In this document: positions 43,714-52,973 of the stretch, piece after piece
Layout of the letters: every line of letters begins with the position of its first letter
How positions within the stretch are numbered: the first letter of the stretch is position 1
Assembly (NCBI GenBank): GCA_963607765.1
Contig: CAVDDT010000034.1
Coordinates: 440-64,439, forward strand
Origin: Paratractidigestivibacter sp.
Lineage (GTDB): Bacteria; Bacillota_I; Bacilli_A; Erysipelotrichales; Erysipelotrichaceae
Direction of reading: 5' to 3'
Length of the DNA: 64,000 nt
Program-made: the position numbers and the translations under genes
Notes under the pieces: model-generated
The model's database searches: none
Seen by the model: the letters and a program-made list of their open reading frames with translations, nothing else
What the model was told of the DNA's origin: nothing

Positions 43714-43844
43714 CATGCCAGTGAAAATGAATATTTTTCATGTTTTATTTTCATAATTATTAGTGAGTTTAACATGGATTTTCTGTGGTAATATTAGAAA
43801 GCTAACAAAATGGTTGAATGTTCAATTATATGGAGAAAAGACTT

Positions 43845-46121
43845 ATGAATGAGATTAAAAAGCGTAAGGGCAATTTTGTTGCCTATGATCCTGAAAAGAT
43901 AAAGGTTGCGATTACTAGTGCTAATCATGATATAAAAAAGAGGGCTTCTGATGCGGAAATTGAAGTAATTTATGAAGCTAGTAAAAATGAAGTAGAGGAG
44001 CTTTTAAAAGATAGGAATGTTTCAGTTGATGAGATCAATGATGTTGTTGAAAAGTCAATGATGAAATATGACTGTTATGAATTAGCTAAGCAATTTATTG
44101 AATACCGTTATCGTCATAAATTAATTAGAGAATCTAATACTACAGATGAGTCTATCTTTGAGCTTATTAATGGTAAAAGTGAATATTGGAATGAAGAGAA
44201 TTCTAATAAGAATGCAAGACTTGTTACTACACAGCGTGACTATATTGCTGGTATTGTAAATACTGATATCGCAAGAAGATTCTTACTTCCAAAGGATGTT
44301 GTTAAGGCTCATGATGAAGGTATTATTCATGAACATGATATGGATTATCTTGCGGATTTTGCCAGACATAATTGTGAGCTTATTAATCTAGAAGATATGC
44401 TTCAAAATGGTACTGTTTTAAATGGCGTTATGATTGAAAAGCCACATCGTTTTATCACTGCTAGTACAATTGCTACGCAAATTATGACTGCTGTTAGTGC
44501 TTCTAGTTATGGCGGTTTAACAATTACACTTACTCATTTAGCGCCTTTTGTAAGATCTAGTTTCTATAGTCATTATAAGTTTTATGTAAAAGAAATTTTA
44601 AATCAAGAATTAGACAGCGATGTTAATGATGATTTAAGAATGGATTCTCCTATTTATCAAAGTAATGCAGAGGCATATAGATATGCTCAAAAGCAAATTA
44701 AAAAAGAAGTAGAAGACGGTGTTCAAACTTTTAATTATCAAATTAATTCAATGTCTTCGACAAATGGTCAATCTCCTTTCTGCTCAGTTTTCATGTATCT
44801 TAATGAGACAAGCGAATATAAAGATGAGCTAGCTATGATTATTGAAGAATTCTTGAAACAAAGAATTCAAGGTTTAAAGAATGAAAAGGGCATCTACGTT
44901 ACACAAGCTTTCCCTAAACTTCTTTATGTTTTGGAAGAAGATAATATTACTGAGGATTCAAAGTATTGGTATCTAACCGAATTAAGCGCAAAGTGTTCAG
45001 CTAAAAGGCTTGTGCCAGATTATGTTTCTGAGAAGATGATGAAGAGCTTGAAGATTAATAAATTTGGCGTAGGTGATTGTTATGGTCCAATGGGATGTAG
45101 AAGTTTTCTTACTCCAGATAGAATAGAGGGAAATCCGGCTAATGCATTAAATTATGATCCTAATAAGGGAAAATATTGGGGAAGATTTAACTGTGGTGTT
45201 TGTACAATTAATCTATTTGATGCAGCACTAAGTTCTAATAAGAATGAGAGCGAATTCTGGAAGCTTATGGATGAACGTACTGAATTGTGCCACTCTGGTT
45301 TGAAAGTAAGAATCAATAGGCTTGCTAGCGCAACAAGTGATGTAGCTCCAATCTTGTGGCAACATGGTGCCCTAGCTAGACTTAAACCACATGAAAAATT
45401 AGAAAAGCTAATTTATGGTGGTTATGCGACTGCTTCACTTGGCTATGCGGCTTTATATGAATGTGTTAAGTATATGACTGGTTTAAATTTAACTGATCCT
45501 GAAGGCGAAGCTTTCGGTATGAAGGTTATGAATTATTTAAATGATAAATGCAATACTTGGAAAAAAGAAGAGAATATTGATTATTCAGTATATGGTACTC
45601 CTCTTGAGACTACTACTTATAAGTTTGCGAAGATGGCCAAAAAGAGATTTGGCGAAGATGTTTTCAAGAAACTTGATGGACATGATCGAGATTATGTGAC
45701 TAACTCTAGCCATACTCCTGTTTTCCAAAATATCGATGCGTTTGATAAGCTTGATATTGATGGCAAGTTCCAAGAACTTTCTCCAGGCGGCAATGTAATC
45801 TATATCGAGACACCTAATCTTCAAAATAATGTTGAAGCAATTATTGAAGTAATTAAATATATGTATGATCATACTATGTATGGTGAGCTTAATACTAAAT
45901 CTGATTATTGTATGAATTGTGGATATGATGGTGAGATTGTGGTGGTTGAGGATGAAAAGACTCATAAGCTAGTTTGGGAATGCCCAAATTGTAAGAATAG
46001 AGATCAAAGTAAGATGCAAGTAACAAGAAGAACTTGTGGCTATCTTGGTTCTCATTATTGGAACCAAGGAAGAACAGATGAGATTAGATCTCGTGTACTT
46101 CATTTAGATAATAAAGAATAG
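43845..46121 (+). CDS. nrdD: Anaerobic ribonucleoside-triphosphate reductase (class III)
   Basis: N-terminal ATP-cone, C-terminal Zn ribbon (CMNCGY...CPNCKN) and glycyl-radical motif RRTCGYLG. ATG at 43845 follows tggaga. Confidence 0.93.
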   Translation: MNEIKKRKGNFVAYDPEKIKVAITSANHDIKKRASDAEIEVIYEASKNEVEELLKDRNVSVDEINDVVEKSMMKYDCYELAKQFIEYRYRHKLIRESNTTDESIFELINGKSEYWNEENSNKNARLVTTQRDYIAGIVNTDIARRFLLPKDVVKAHDEGIIHEHDMDYLADFARHNCELINLEDMLQNGTVLNGVMIEKPHRFITASTIATQIMTAVSASSYGGLTITLTHLAPFVRSSFYSHYKFYVKEILNQELDSDVNDDLRMDSPIYQSNAEAYRYAQKQIKKEVEDGVQTFNYQINSMSSTNGQSPFCSVFMYLNETSEYKDELAMIIEEFLKQRIQGLKNEKGIYVTQAFPKLLYVLEEDNITEDSKYWYLTELSAKCSAKRLVPDYVSEKMMKSLKINKFGVGDCYGPMGCRSFLTPDRIEGNPANALNYDPNKGKYWGRFNCGVCTINLFDAALSSNKNESEFWKLMDERTELCHSGLKVRINRLASATSDVAPILWQHGALARLKPHEKLEKLIYGGYATASLGYAALYECVKYMTGLNLTDPEGEAFGMKVMNYLNDKCNTWKKEENIDYSVYGTPLETTTYKFAKMAKKRFGEDVFKKLDGHDRDYVTNSSHTPVFQNIDAFDKLDIDGKFQELSPGGNVIYIETPNLQNNVEAIIEVIKYMYDHTMYGELNTKSDYCMNCGYDGEIVVVEDEKTHKLVWECPNCKNRDQSKMQVTRRTCGYLGSHYWNQGRTDEIRSRVLHLDNKE

Positions 46122-46124
46122 ATA

Positions 46125-46159
46125 AAAACCAAGTTGATGTAAAAGTTGACTTGGTTTTT
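46125..46159 (+). terminator. Rho-independent terminator after nrdD
   Basis: AAAACCAAGT...ACTTGGTTTT followed by a T-run. Confidence 0.8.
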
Positions 46160-46231
46160 AATATGTTGATTTTTTCATGAACTTTTGATGTTTTTTAAAA
46201 CAACAACAATTTTCTAATTATAATAGAGGGT

Positions 46232-48121
46232 ATGTTCAATATAGTTTATTATGTTTCCTTTGTTTTATATGAGGAATTGTTGTACAGAATAGTGCTTGGA
46301 TTATCTTTTTCAAGCAGCATTTTTAGTTTATTGTTTTTGTCATGTGGTACAGGTATTGCCATTGGAATAATATCTAATATAATTCCTAAGAAAGTTAATT
46401 ATTTCATATTCAATATTTTTAATTTAATATTATGTTTTTATTATGGAGCGGCTTTAATAATAAGAAAGACATTTGATGTGAATATTTCATTCAGTGTATT
46501 AAATATGTATACGCAATTCACTGGTGCTTTCGCTAATACAACGGCTTCTGTTTTAAAGGCTAATGCCTTAAATGTGTTTCTTGTAGCTCTTCCTTTTTTA
46601 ATTGGCCTTATTCTTATAAGAAAAATTGATCATACAATCAGTGCATATAGTTTTATTTCGCTGATACTTTGTTATGTGCTATTCCTTGTTTCCTTGAGCA
46701 GTGATACTTATGATTTGTATTTTAACAGGCAAAACAATAGAGAAAATGTTGAAAATTTTGGTGTTCTTCCTTCTTTGATTATGGAACTTTGGAAAGGTGA
46801 TTCTGTTGGGGAAGAGGTTGAAAGTGAGGATGTTGAAGAGGAAGAAACTGAGGAAACTGTTTCTGTTAGAAGAAGAGTAAGTGACATTAATTTTAATGAT
46901 ATTGAAACTGAAAACAGTACGGTTGAAAGTATGAATAAATATTTTAGTAGTTCGCTTGGAACTTATACTAATGATTACACTGGTCTTTTTGAGGGCAAGA
47001 ATCTTATTTATATTATGGCTGAAAGCTTTGATGGCTATGCCGTCAGTAAAGAACTTACCCCTACTTTATATAAGATGATTCATAGTGGCCTTTATTTTTC
47101 TAATTATTATTCACCTACTAATTTATCGACTATTGGTGGAGAGTTTTCTCTTTTAACTGGTCTTCTTCCAGATCTTCAAACTCTTAATTGGCAATGGATT
47201 CAAAATAATGATGGCTATGTGAATTATTTTCCTTATGGTCTTGGAACATTATTTAAGAATGAAGGCTATTCTGTTTATGCTTATCATGATCATGAATATG
47301 ATTTCCAATCACGTAATAAGTATTTGAGTTCTTTGGGCTTTGATTATTATGAGGCTTGTTATAATGGGCTAGAAGAAAAGATCGCCTGTGATATTTTCCC
47401 TGAATCTGATTTAGAGATGGTTAATGCGACGGTTGATGAATATATTAATGATGATAAGTTTATGGTATATTATGCGACTGTATCAGGACATGGTGAATGG
47501 GGCTTTGGCTATAATGATATGGCTGAGAAAAATAAAGATGAGGTGGCTGATTTAGAATATAGCGACACTGTTAAGGCTTATATTGCGGCTACATTAGAGC
47601 TTGAGAAGGCAATGACTTCACTAATTGAGAAGCTTGAGGCTGCTGGTAAACTAGATGATACAGTTATTGTGTTAGCTGCTGATCATCATCCGTATTTTAT
47701 GGCTGACGAATATGTTGAAGAAATGGCTGGTCAAGAGCTTGATCAATTTAGTTTATATAAGAATAATTTGATTATTTACAACAGTACTATGGATTATACA
47801 GAAGTTGATAAGGTGTGCAATACTATTGATGTTTTGCCTACTGTTTTGAATTTGTTTGACATGGACTATGATTCAAGAATGATGGTGGGAACGGATATTT
47901 TTTCTTCAAGCAGTGGTATGGTTATTTTTGCGGACTATTCTTGGCTTACTGACTTAGGAAAATATTCTTATAGTACAGGTACTTTTACTTCTAATACTGG
48001 TAAGGAAGTTAGTGAAGAATATATTGAAAAAAAGAATACCGAAGTTTCCAATAAGTATTTGGTTTCTAGGAATATTCTAATTTACGATTATTATAAATTG
48101 GCTTATGATACACTTAATTAG
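46232..48121 (+). CDS. LTA-synthase-family sulfatase-domain membrane protein
   Basis: N-terminal multi-TM region, an acidic linker, and an extracellular sulfatase fold (..IYIMAESFDG.., ..AADHHPY..). Confidence 0.72.
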   Translation: MFNIVYYVSFVLYEELLYRIVLGLSFSSSIFSLLFLSCGTGIAIGIISNIIPKKVNYFIFNIFNLILCFYYGAALIIRKTFDVNISFSVLNMYTQFTGAFANTTASVLKANALNVFLVALPFLIGLILIRKIDHTISAYSFISLILCYVLFLVSLSSDTYDLYFNRQNNRENVENFGVLPSLIMELWKGDSVGEEVESEDVEEEETEETVSVRRRVSDINFNDIETENSTVESMNKYFSSSLGTYTNDYTGLFEGKNLIYIMAESFDGYAVSKELTPTLYKMIHSGLYFSNYYSPTNLSTIGGEFSLLTGLLPDLQTLNWQWIQNNDGYVNYFPYGLGTLFKNEGYSVYAYHDHEYDFQSRNKYLSSLGFDYYEACYNGLEEKIACDIFPESDLEMVNATVDEYINDDKFMVYYATVSGHGEWGFGYNDMAEKNKDEVADLEYSDTVKAYIAATLELEKAMTSLIEKLEAAGKLDDTVIVLAADHHPYFMADEYVEEMAGQELDQFSLYKNNLIIYNSTMDYTEVDKVCNTIDVLPTVLNLFDMDYDSRMMVGTDIFSSSSGMVIFADYSWLTDLGKYSYSTGTFTSNTGKEVSEEYIEKKNTEVSNKYLVSRNILIYDYYKLAYDTLN

Positions 48122-48143
48122 CTCTTTCTAAGAGCTAATTTTT

Positions 48144-48548
48144 TTACATTAAATCTTTTATTGTTTTCTTTTTTAGAAATTCATTAATTAAATCATGAAG
48201 TTCATTATATGTCTCAAGCACACTACAACAGTCTTTTCCTTCACATGTCCCAGAATTGTTTATGCAAGAACATGATGTTGCCTTTAGTTCTTCTTCAGTA
48301 ACAATCAAAATATCATACAAAGAATATTCTTTTATTTCTTTATTTAATTTATATCCACCACATTTGCCTTTGCACACATCAATAAGACCGCTTTTAGCTA
48401 AAAGGGTCATAATTGACTCAAGATATTTTCTTGAAATATTTAAGCGAGTGGCAATGCTTGATAGACAAATATATTCACTTTCACCATTGTGTCTTGCCAT
48501 ATCAACAATCGCTCTTATTGCGTATGTACTTTTTGCGGATATTAACAT
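48144..48548 (-). CDS. Rrf2-family transcriptional regulator (CymR/IscR-like)
   Basis: MLISAKSTYAIRAIVDMA... wHTH, plus a C-terminal Cys cluster (CSCINNSGTCEGKDCC). Divergent from an amino-acid ABC operon. Confidence 0.85.
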   Translation of the reverse strand: MLISAKSTYAIRAIVDMARHNGESEYICLSSIATRLNISRKYLESIMTLLAKSGLIDVCKGKCGGYKLNKEIKEYSLYDILIVTEEELKATSCSCINNSGTCEGKDCCSVLETYNELHDLINEFLKKKTIKDLM

Positions 48549-48565
48549 ACCTTTATTATATATTT

Positions 48566-48635
48566 TTAATTCCTATTGACAAGGTAGGATATAGTATCTA
48601 GAATATTAATTGCCTATTAAAGAGGTAGGAATTAA
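48566..48635. promoter_or_regulatory. 10-nt perfect inverted repeat bracketing the promoter (candidate operator pair)
   Basis: TTAATTCCTA (48566-48575) and TAGGAATTAA (48626-48635). A third TAGGA copy is at 48585-48589. Confidence 0.5.
48576..48604 (+). promoter_or_regulatory. Sigma-A-type promoter for the ABC operon
   Basis: TTGACA (48576-48581), 17-nt spacer, TAGAAT (48599-48604). Confidence 0.6.
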
Positions 48636-49307
48636 ATGTCAACTAGAGTATTAGAAATTATTACAAATTCGTTTCCTAAAATATTGTCTCTTGGCCTAAC
48701 GGTCACTATACCGCTTGCCTTGTTGTCTTTTGTGTTAGCTTTCCTAATTTCGGTACTAGTAGCTTTTATTAATTATGCGCATATTAAAGTATTAACTGGA
48801 ATATGTAGATTTTATGTATGGATTGTAAGGGGCACACCATTACTTGTGCAATTGTATATATTCTTTTATGGCCTTCCTTCTTTGGGGATTACTTTAAATC
48901 CATATGTTTGTGCAGTATTGGTTTTAGGACTAAATGAAGGCGCTTATATGTCCGAGACAATGAGGGCTTCTTTAGAGGCTGTGCCTAGTGGACAGATGGA
49001 AGCTGGATATTGTGTGGGTATGAATTATCTAGACATTATGTTTAGAATTATTCTTCCTCAAGCGTTGAGAACAGCGTTTCCTTCTTTGATGAATTCTTTG
49101 ATAGCTTTAATTAAAGATTCTTCTATGGCTTCAACGATTACGGTGGTGGAAATGTTTAGACAAGCTCAAATAGTGAATGGCAGAGTATTCCAACCATTTG
49201 TGTTATATCTTGAGGCAGCTGTTGTATATTTATTGTTTTGTAGTGTTGTGAGTATTATTCAAAAGATTGTTGAAAAGAAACTTAATTTCTATGGCGGTGT
49301 TAAATGA
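48636..49307 (+). CDS. Polar amino acid (cystine-type) ABC transporter permease
   Basis: His/Glu/Gln/Arg/opine-family permease with the EAA-like loop ..NEGAYMSETMRASLEAVPSGQMEA.. Confidence 0.85.
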   Translation: MSTRVLEIITNSFPKILSLGLTVTIPLALLSFVLAFLISVLVAFINYAHIKVLTGICRFYVWIVRGTPLLVQLYIFFYGLPSLGITLNPYVCAVLVLGLNEGAYMSETMRASLEAVPSGQMEAGYCVGMNYLDIMFRIILPQALRTAFPSLMNSLIALIKDSSMASTITVVEMFRQAQIVNGRVFQPFVLYLEAAVVYLLFCSVVSIIQKIVEKKLNFYGGVK

Positions 49308-50044
49308 TTGAAGTAAAAAACTTGCATAAGAAATTTGACAATAATGAAATCTTAAAAGGAGTCAATTTTAAGATTAATGATGGCGATGTGATCGCGATAC
49401 TTGGCAAATCTGGTAGTGGTAAGACTACTATTCTTAGATGCCTGAATTTTCTTACTAGGGCTGATGAAGGGTGTCTTGTCTTTGATGATAAGGAATATGA
49501 TTTAAAGACTATTTCGAAAAATGATATTTCAAACATTAGAAAGAAAACAGGTTTTGTGTTTCAAAACTATAACTTGTTTCTAAATAAGACGGCTCTTGAG
49601 AATGTTATGGAGGGTTTAATTGTTGCCCGCAAGATGGATAAGCTCAAGGCAAAACAAATTGCTATCGAGGCTTTAACTAAAGTAGGCATGGCTGATAGGC
49701 TTAATAACTATCCATCGGAATTATCTGGTGGTCAACAACAACGTGTTTCGATTGCTCGTGCATTAGCTTATAAACCGGAGATTATCTATTTCGATGAGCC
49801 AACTAGCGCGCTTGATCCAGAGCTTATTGGTGAAGTATTAAATGTTATGAAGGAATTAGCTAGCGAGGGTGTCACGATGGTAGTTGTAACTCATGAGATG
49901 AGTTTTGCGAAGAATGTTTCTAATCGTGTAATTTTTGTAGAAGATGGAAACATTATTGAAGATACTGATTCTAAATCTTTCTTTGAAAATCCAAAGAATG
50001 AGAGAATAAAACAATTTATTAGAAGTATAAATGAGAGGGTGTAA
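49304..50044 (+). CDS. Polar amino acid ABC transporter ATP-binding protein
   Basis: Walker A GKSGSGKTT, signature LSGGQQQRV, Walker B IIYFDEPTSALD. Confidence 0.93.
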   Translation: MIEVKNLHKKFDNNEILKGVNFKINDGDVIAILGKSGSGKTTILRCLNFLTRADEGCLVFDDKEYDLKTISKNDISNIRKKTGFVFQNYNLFLNKTALENVMEGLIVARKMDKLKAKQIAIEALTKVGMADRLNNYPSELSGGQQQRVSIARALAYKPEIIYFDEPTSALDPELIGEVLNVMKELASEGVTMVVVTHEMSFAKNVSNRVIFVEDGNIIEDTDSKSFFENPKNERIKQFIRSINERV

Positions 50045-50045
50045 T

Positions 50046-50852
50046 ATGAAAAAATTACTTAGTTTATTAGTTTGTGTGTTTATGTTGTTTGGCTGTAGCT
50101 CAAGCGATAGTCAAGAATCTACAGCTTCTGACTTATTAGAAACAATCAAGGAAAAAGGTGTCATTACAGTAGCTACTGAAGGTGATTGGTCTCCATATAC
50201 TTATCATGATGAGACAACAAACGAGCTTGTTGGCTTTGATGTAGAACTTGGCAAGTTAATTGCGGACAAACTTGGTGTTGAAGTTGAGTATAAGGAAACG
50301 GATTGGGATTCTATTTTAGCTGGTGTTCAATCGGGAACATTTGATTTAGGTATTAATGGTATTACTTATAGTGATGAAAGAGCTCAATCATTTAATTTCT
50401 CTGAACCATACTTATATGATCAAACAGTGTTGATTGTTCTTGAAGATAATACTGATATTAATTCTTTTGAGGATATCAAAGGGAAAGTTAACACTAATTC
50501 TCCTGGTTCAAGTTATGCAGAAATGGCAGAAGAATATGGGGCAACTAATTCTTATATCACTACTTTTGCGGATACTATTCAATTATTAACTAGAGGTGAT
50601 GCGGATTGTACGATTAATGCCTTATCTGTGTATAACGATTATATAAGAGAAAAAGGTGATGACGCAGGTATTAAAATTGTTGATAGAACAGAGCCTGAAA
50701 AGACAGTTATCGCTTCTAAGAAGGATGATTCTACTAATACTTTAATCGAGGAAATTAATAAGATTTTAGAGGAACTTAAGGCCGATGGCACACTAGCTGA
50801 ATTATCTAATAAATACTTTGGCTATGATGCAACACAAGAACCTACTGAATAA
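50046..50852 (+). CDS. Amino acid ABC transporter substrate-binding lipoprotein
   Basis: MKKLLSLLVCVFMLFGCSS lipobox and a family-3 SBP fold (..VATEGDWSPYTY..). ATG at 50046 follows gagagggtg. Confidence 0.85.
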   Translation: MKKLLSLLVCVFMLFGCSSSDSQESTASDLLETIKEKGVITVATEGDWSPYTYHDETTNELVGFDVELGKLIADKLGVEVEYKETDWDSILAGVQSGTFDLGINGITYSDERAQSFNFSEPYLYDQTVLIVLEDNTDINSFEDIKGKVNTNSPGSSYAEMAEEYGATNSYITTFADTIQLLTRGDADCTINALSVYNDYIREKGDDAGIKIVDRTEPEKTVIASKKDDSTNTLIEEINKILEELKADGTLAELSNKYFGYDATQEPTE

Positions 50853-50854
50853 TT

Positions 50855-50886
50855 GAGAAATCGTGCTTGTCACGATTTTCTTTTTG
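50855..50886 (+). terminator. Rho-independent terminator
   Basis: gagaaatcgtg / cacgattttc hairpin followed by ttttt. Confidence 0.8.
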
Positions 50887-50937
50887 TTAGGAAACTTACT
50901 CAAAGAAAACCGACTCGGTGAGGACAAGTAAACTTTA

Positions 50938-50966
50938 TTGAAAAAAACAAAATAAACATGATAATA
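50938..50966 (+). promoter_or_regulatory. Sigma-A-type promoter for rpmE
   Basis: TTGAAA (50938-50943), 17-nt spacer ending in TG, ATAATA (50961-50966). Confidence 0.55.
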
Positions 50967-51024
50967 TATTAGAGCGAAACTTTCTTTGGATTAGATGTTA
51001 TCCAAGGCGTGAAGGGAGAAAGAT

Positions 51025-51234
51025 ATGAGAGAAGGTATTCATCCAGACTACCATAAGGTTAAGGTAGTATGTGCAGGATGTGGTGCAGAATTCGAATCAA
51101 GTTCAACAGTTAAAGGTGATACTATTAAGGTTGATACTTGTTCAAAATGTCATCCATTCTATACTGGTCGTCAAAGATTTACGGCTGCAGCTGGTAGAAT
51201 TGAAAAATTCAACAAGAAATATGGTACAAAATAG
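51025..51234 (+). CDS. rpmE: 50S ribosomal protein L31 (Zn-ribbon type A)
   Basis: [17 protein letters not shown]...[10 protein letters not shown]. Confidence 0.96.
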   Translation: MREGIHPDYHKVKVVCAGCGAEFESSSTVKGDTIKVDTCSKCHPFYTGRQRFTAAAGRIEKFNKKYGTK

Positions 51235-51257
51235 TAAGGTTAAATCCTTACTTTTTT
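51235..51257 (+). terminator. Rho-independent terminator
   Basis: GTAAGG / CCTTAC followed by tttttt. Confidence 0.75.
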
Positions 51258-51294
51258 GTGTCATAATATAAGAGGTCAATAGGGAGGAATAATT

Positions 51295-51891
51295 ATGTAT
51301 CAAAGATATGCTGATGGTTGGTTAGAGACTATTTCTGGGTGCATGTTTGCGGGTAAAACAGAAGAATTGATTAGAAGAGTTAAAGTTTTAGAGTTTGCCA
51401 ACAAAAAGATACAAGTTTTTAAACCCATTATTGATAATCGTTATTCAAATACAAAAGTTGTTTCTCATGCTGGTAGTAATGTAGAAAGTATTGTCGTTAC
51501 TAAGGCAGTAGAAATTTTAGAATTAGTTAAAGAGGATACAGAGGTGGTAGCCATTGATGAAGTTCAGTTCTTCGATGATCGTATTACTGATGTATGTAAT
51601 GTTTTAGCTGATAGAGGAATTAGAGTTATGGTAGCTGGATTAGATACAGACTTTAGAGGAGAACCATTTGGTCCTATGCCTCAGCTTATGGCTGAAGCGG
51701 AGTTTGTTACTAAGCTTACAGCGGTATGCAATAAGTGTGGTGCTCCTGCAACTAGAACTCAAAGAATTATTAATGGTAAGCCTGCTAAATATAAAGATCC
51801 TATCGTTTTGATTGGTGCTAAAGAAAGCTATGAAGCTAGATGCAGACAATGTCATGAGGTAGTGGGCAAGCCAAAGCCTGAGGTATATTAA
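51295..51891 (+). CDS. tdk: Thymidine kinase
   Basis: P-loop [18 protein letters not shown], and Zn ribbon C..CG...C..CH. Confidence 0.93.
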   Translation: MYQRYADGWLETISGCMFAGKTEELIRRVKVLEFANKKIQVFKPIIDNRYSNTKVVSHAGSNVESIVVTKAVEILELVKEDTEVVAIDEVQFFDDRITDVCNVLADRGIRVMVAGLDTDFRGEPFGPMPQLMAEAEFVTKLTAVCNKCGAPATRTQRIINGKPAKYKDPIVLIGAKESYEARCRQCHEVVGKPKPEVY

Positions 51892-51893
51892 TC

Positions 51894-52973
51894 ATGGATG
51901 CTAGAATTGTTAAATTAGAGAATATTGAAAAAAGATATTTAGAGATAAGTGAAGAGATGCTTAAGGATGATGTTGTTAGTAACGTCAAGGCTTTTACTAA
52001 GTTAAGTAAGGAACAAGCTACTTTACGTGGTGCTTATGAAGCTTACCAAGAGCTTAAGAAGCTAAATAGTGATATCGAAGGTGCTAACGAGATGCTTAAG
52101 GATGATGATCCTGAGATTAAGGAAATGGCTCAAATGGAGCTTGATGAAGCTACAAGTAAGCTTGAAACTTTAAATGCTCATATTGAACAGCTTCTTCTTC
52201 CTCGTGATCCAGAGGATGCTTACGATTGCCTTGTGGAAATTCGTGGTGCAGCTGGTGGTGATGAAGGAAATATTTTCGCTGGTGACTTATATAGAATGTA
52301 TAACTATTATGCAGCTAATATGGGATTTAAGACTGAGGTCATGGAATCAAGTGAGTCTGAGGCTGGTGGTTATGCGCTTATTAGTTTTTCTGTAAAAGGA
52401 CAAGATGCATATCGACATTTTAAGTTTGAATCTGGTGCTCATAGAGTACAAAGGGTTCCTAAGACTGAAACACAGGGTAGAGTTCATACTTCGACAGCTA
52501 CAGTGTTTGTTTTGCCCGATGTTGAAGATGAGGATGTTGAGATTCCTGATAGCGATCTTGAGATTGAAACACATAGAGCCAGTGGTGCTGGTGGTCAGCA
52601 TATCAACAAGACTGATAGTGCTGTTAGAATTGTTCATAAGCCTACCGGTATTACTGTTAACTGCCAAGATGGTAGAAATCAGCTTTCTAATAAGGAAACG
52701 GCTTTAAGAATTATTAAGGCTAGAGTTTATAACTATTATAAGGAACAAAAAGAGAAAGAAGCTGGTGAGGCTAGAAAGAGTAAGATTGGTACTGGCGATA
52801 GAAGTGAGAAAATTAGAACTTATAACTATCCACAAAATAGAGTTACTGATCATAGAATTGGTTTAACCATCAATCAGCTTGATAGAATCATGGAAGGCAA
52901 GTTAAATGATATTATTGATGCGCTTATTAAGAATGAAGAACAGGAAAAGCTTTTAAATGAGCACGTACAATGA
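51894..52973 (+). CDS. prfA: Peptide chain release factor 1
   Basis: PxT-type region, GGQ motif SGAGGQHINKT. Length 359 aa. Confidence 0.96.
   Translation: MDARIVKLENIEKRYLEISEEMLKDDVVSNVKAFTKLSKEQATLRGAYEAYQELKKLNSDIEGANEMLKDDDPEIKEMAQMELDEATSKLETLNAHIEQLLLPRDPEDAYDCLVEIRGAAGGDEGNIFAGDLYRMYNYYAANMGFKTEVMESSESEAGGYALISFSVKGQDAYRHFKFESGAHRVQRVPKTETQGRVHTSTATVFVLPDVEDEDVEIPDSDLEIETHRASGAGGQHINKTDSAVRIVHKPTGITVNCQDGRNQLSNKETALRIIKARVYNYYKEQKEKEAGEARKSKIGTGDRSEKIRTYNYPQNRVTDHRIGLTINQLDRIMEGKLNDIIDALIKNEEQEKLLNEHVQ

Noticed and set aside
43660-43844. NrdR operator boxes upstream of nrdD.
   Set aside because: I looked for the roughly 16-bp palindromic NrdR box (acaC-AT-rich core-Gtgt type, from memory). 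I found only weak resemblances, for example acatggattttctgtg, plus repeated TTTCAT/ATGAA motifs. This is not convincing without a matrix scan.
48256-48601. Two plus-strand ORFs (48256-48579 and 48413-48601) opposite the Rrf2 regulator gene.
   Set aside because: The minus-strand ORF has an unmistakable Rrf2 wHTH N-terminus. The plus-strand ORFs are shadow frames.
50967-51024. Hairpin (TTGGAT..ATCCAA) in the rpmE 5' leader as a possible L31 autoregulatory element.
   Set aside because: The stem is only 6 bp and I know of no conserved leader motif to compare with. I kept it as a note only.
51071-51271. 66-aa ORF overlapping rpmE in another frame.
   Set aside because: rpmE (L31) is unambiguous. 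The overlapping frame has no SD or motif.
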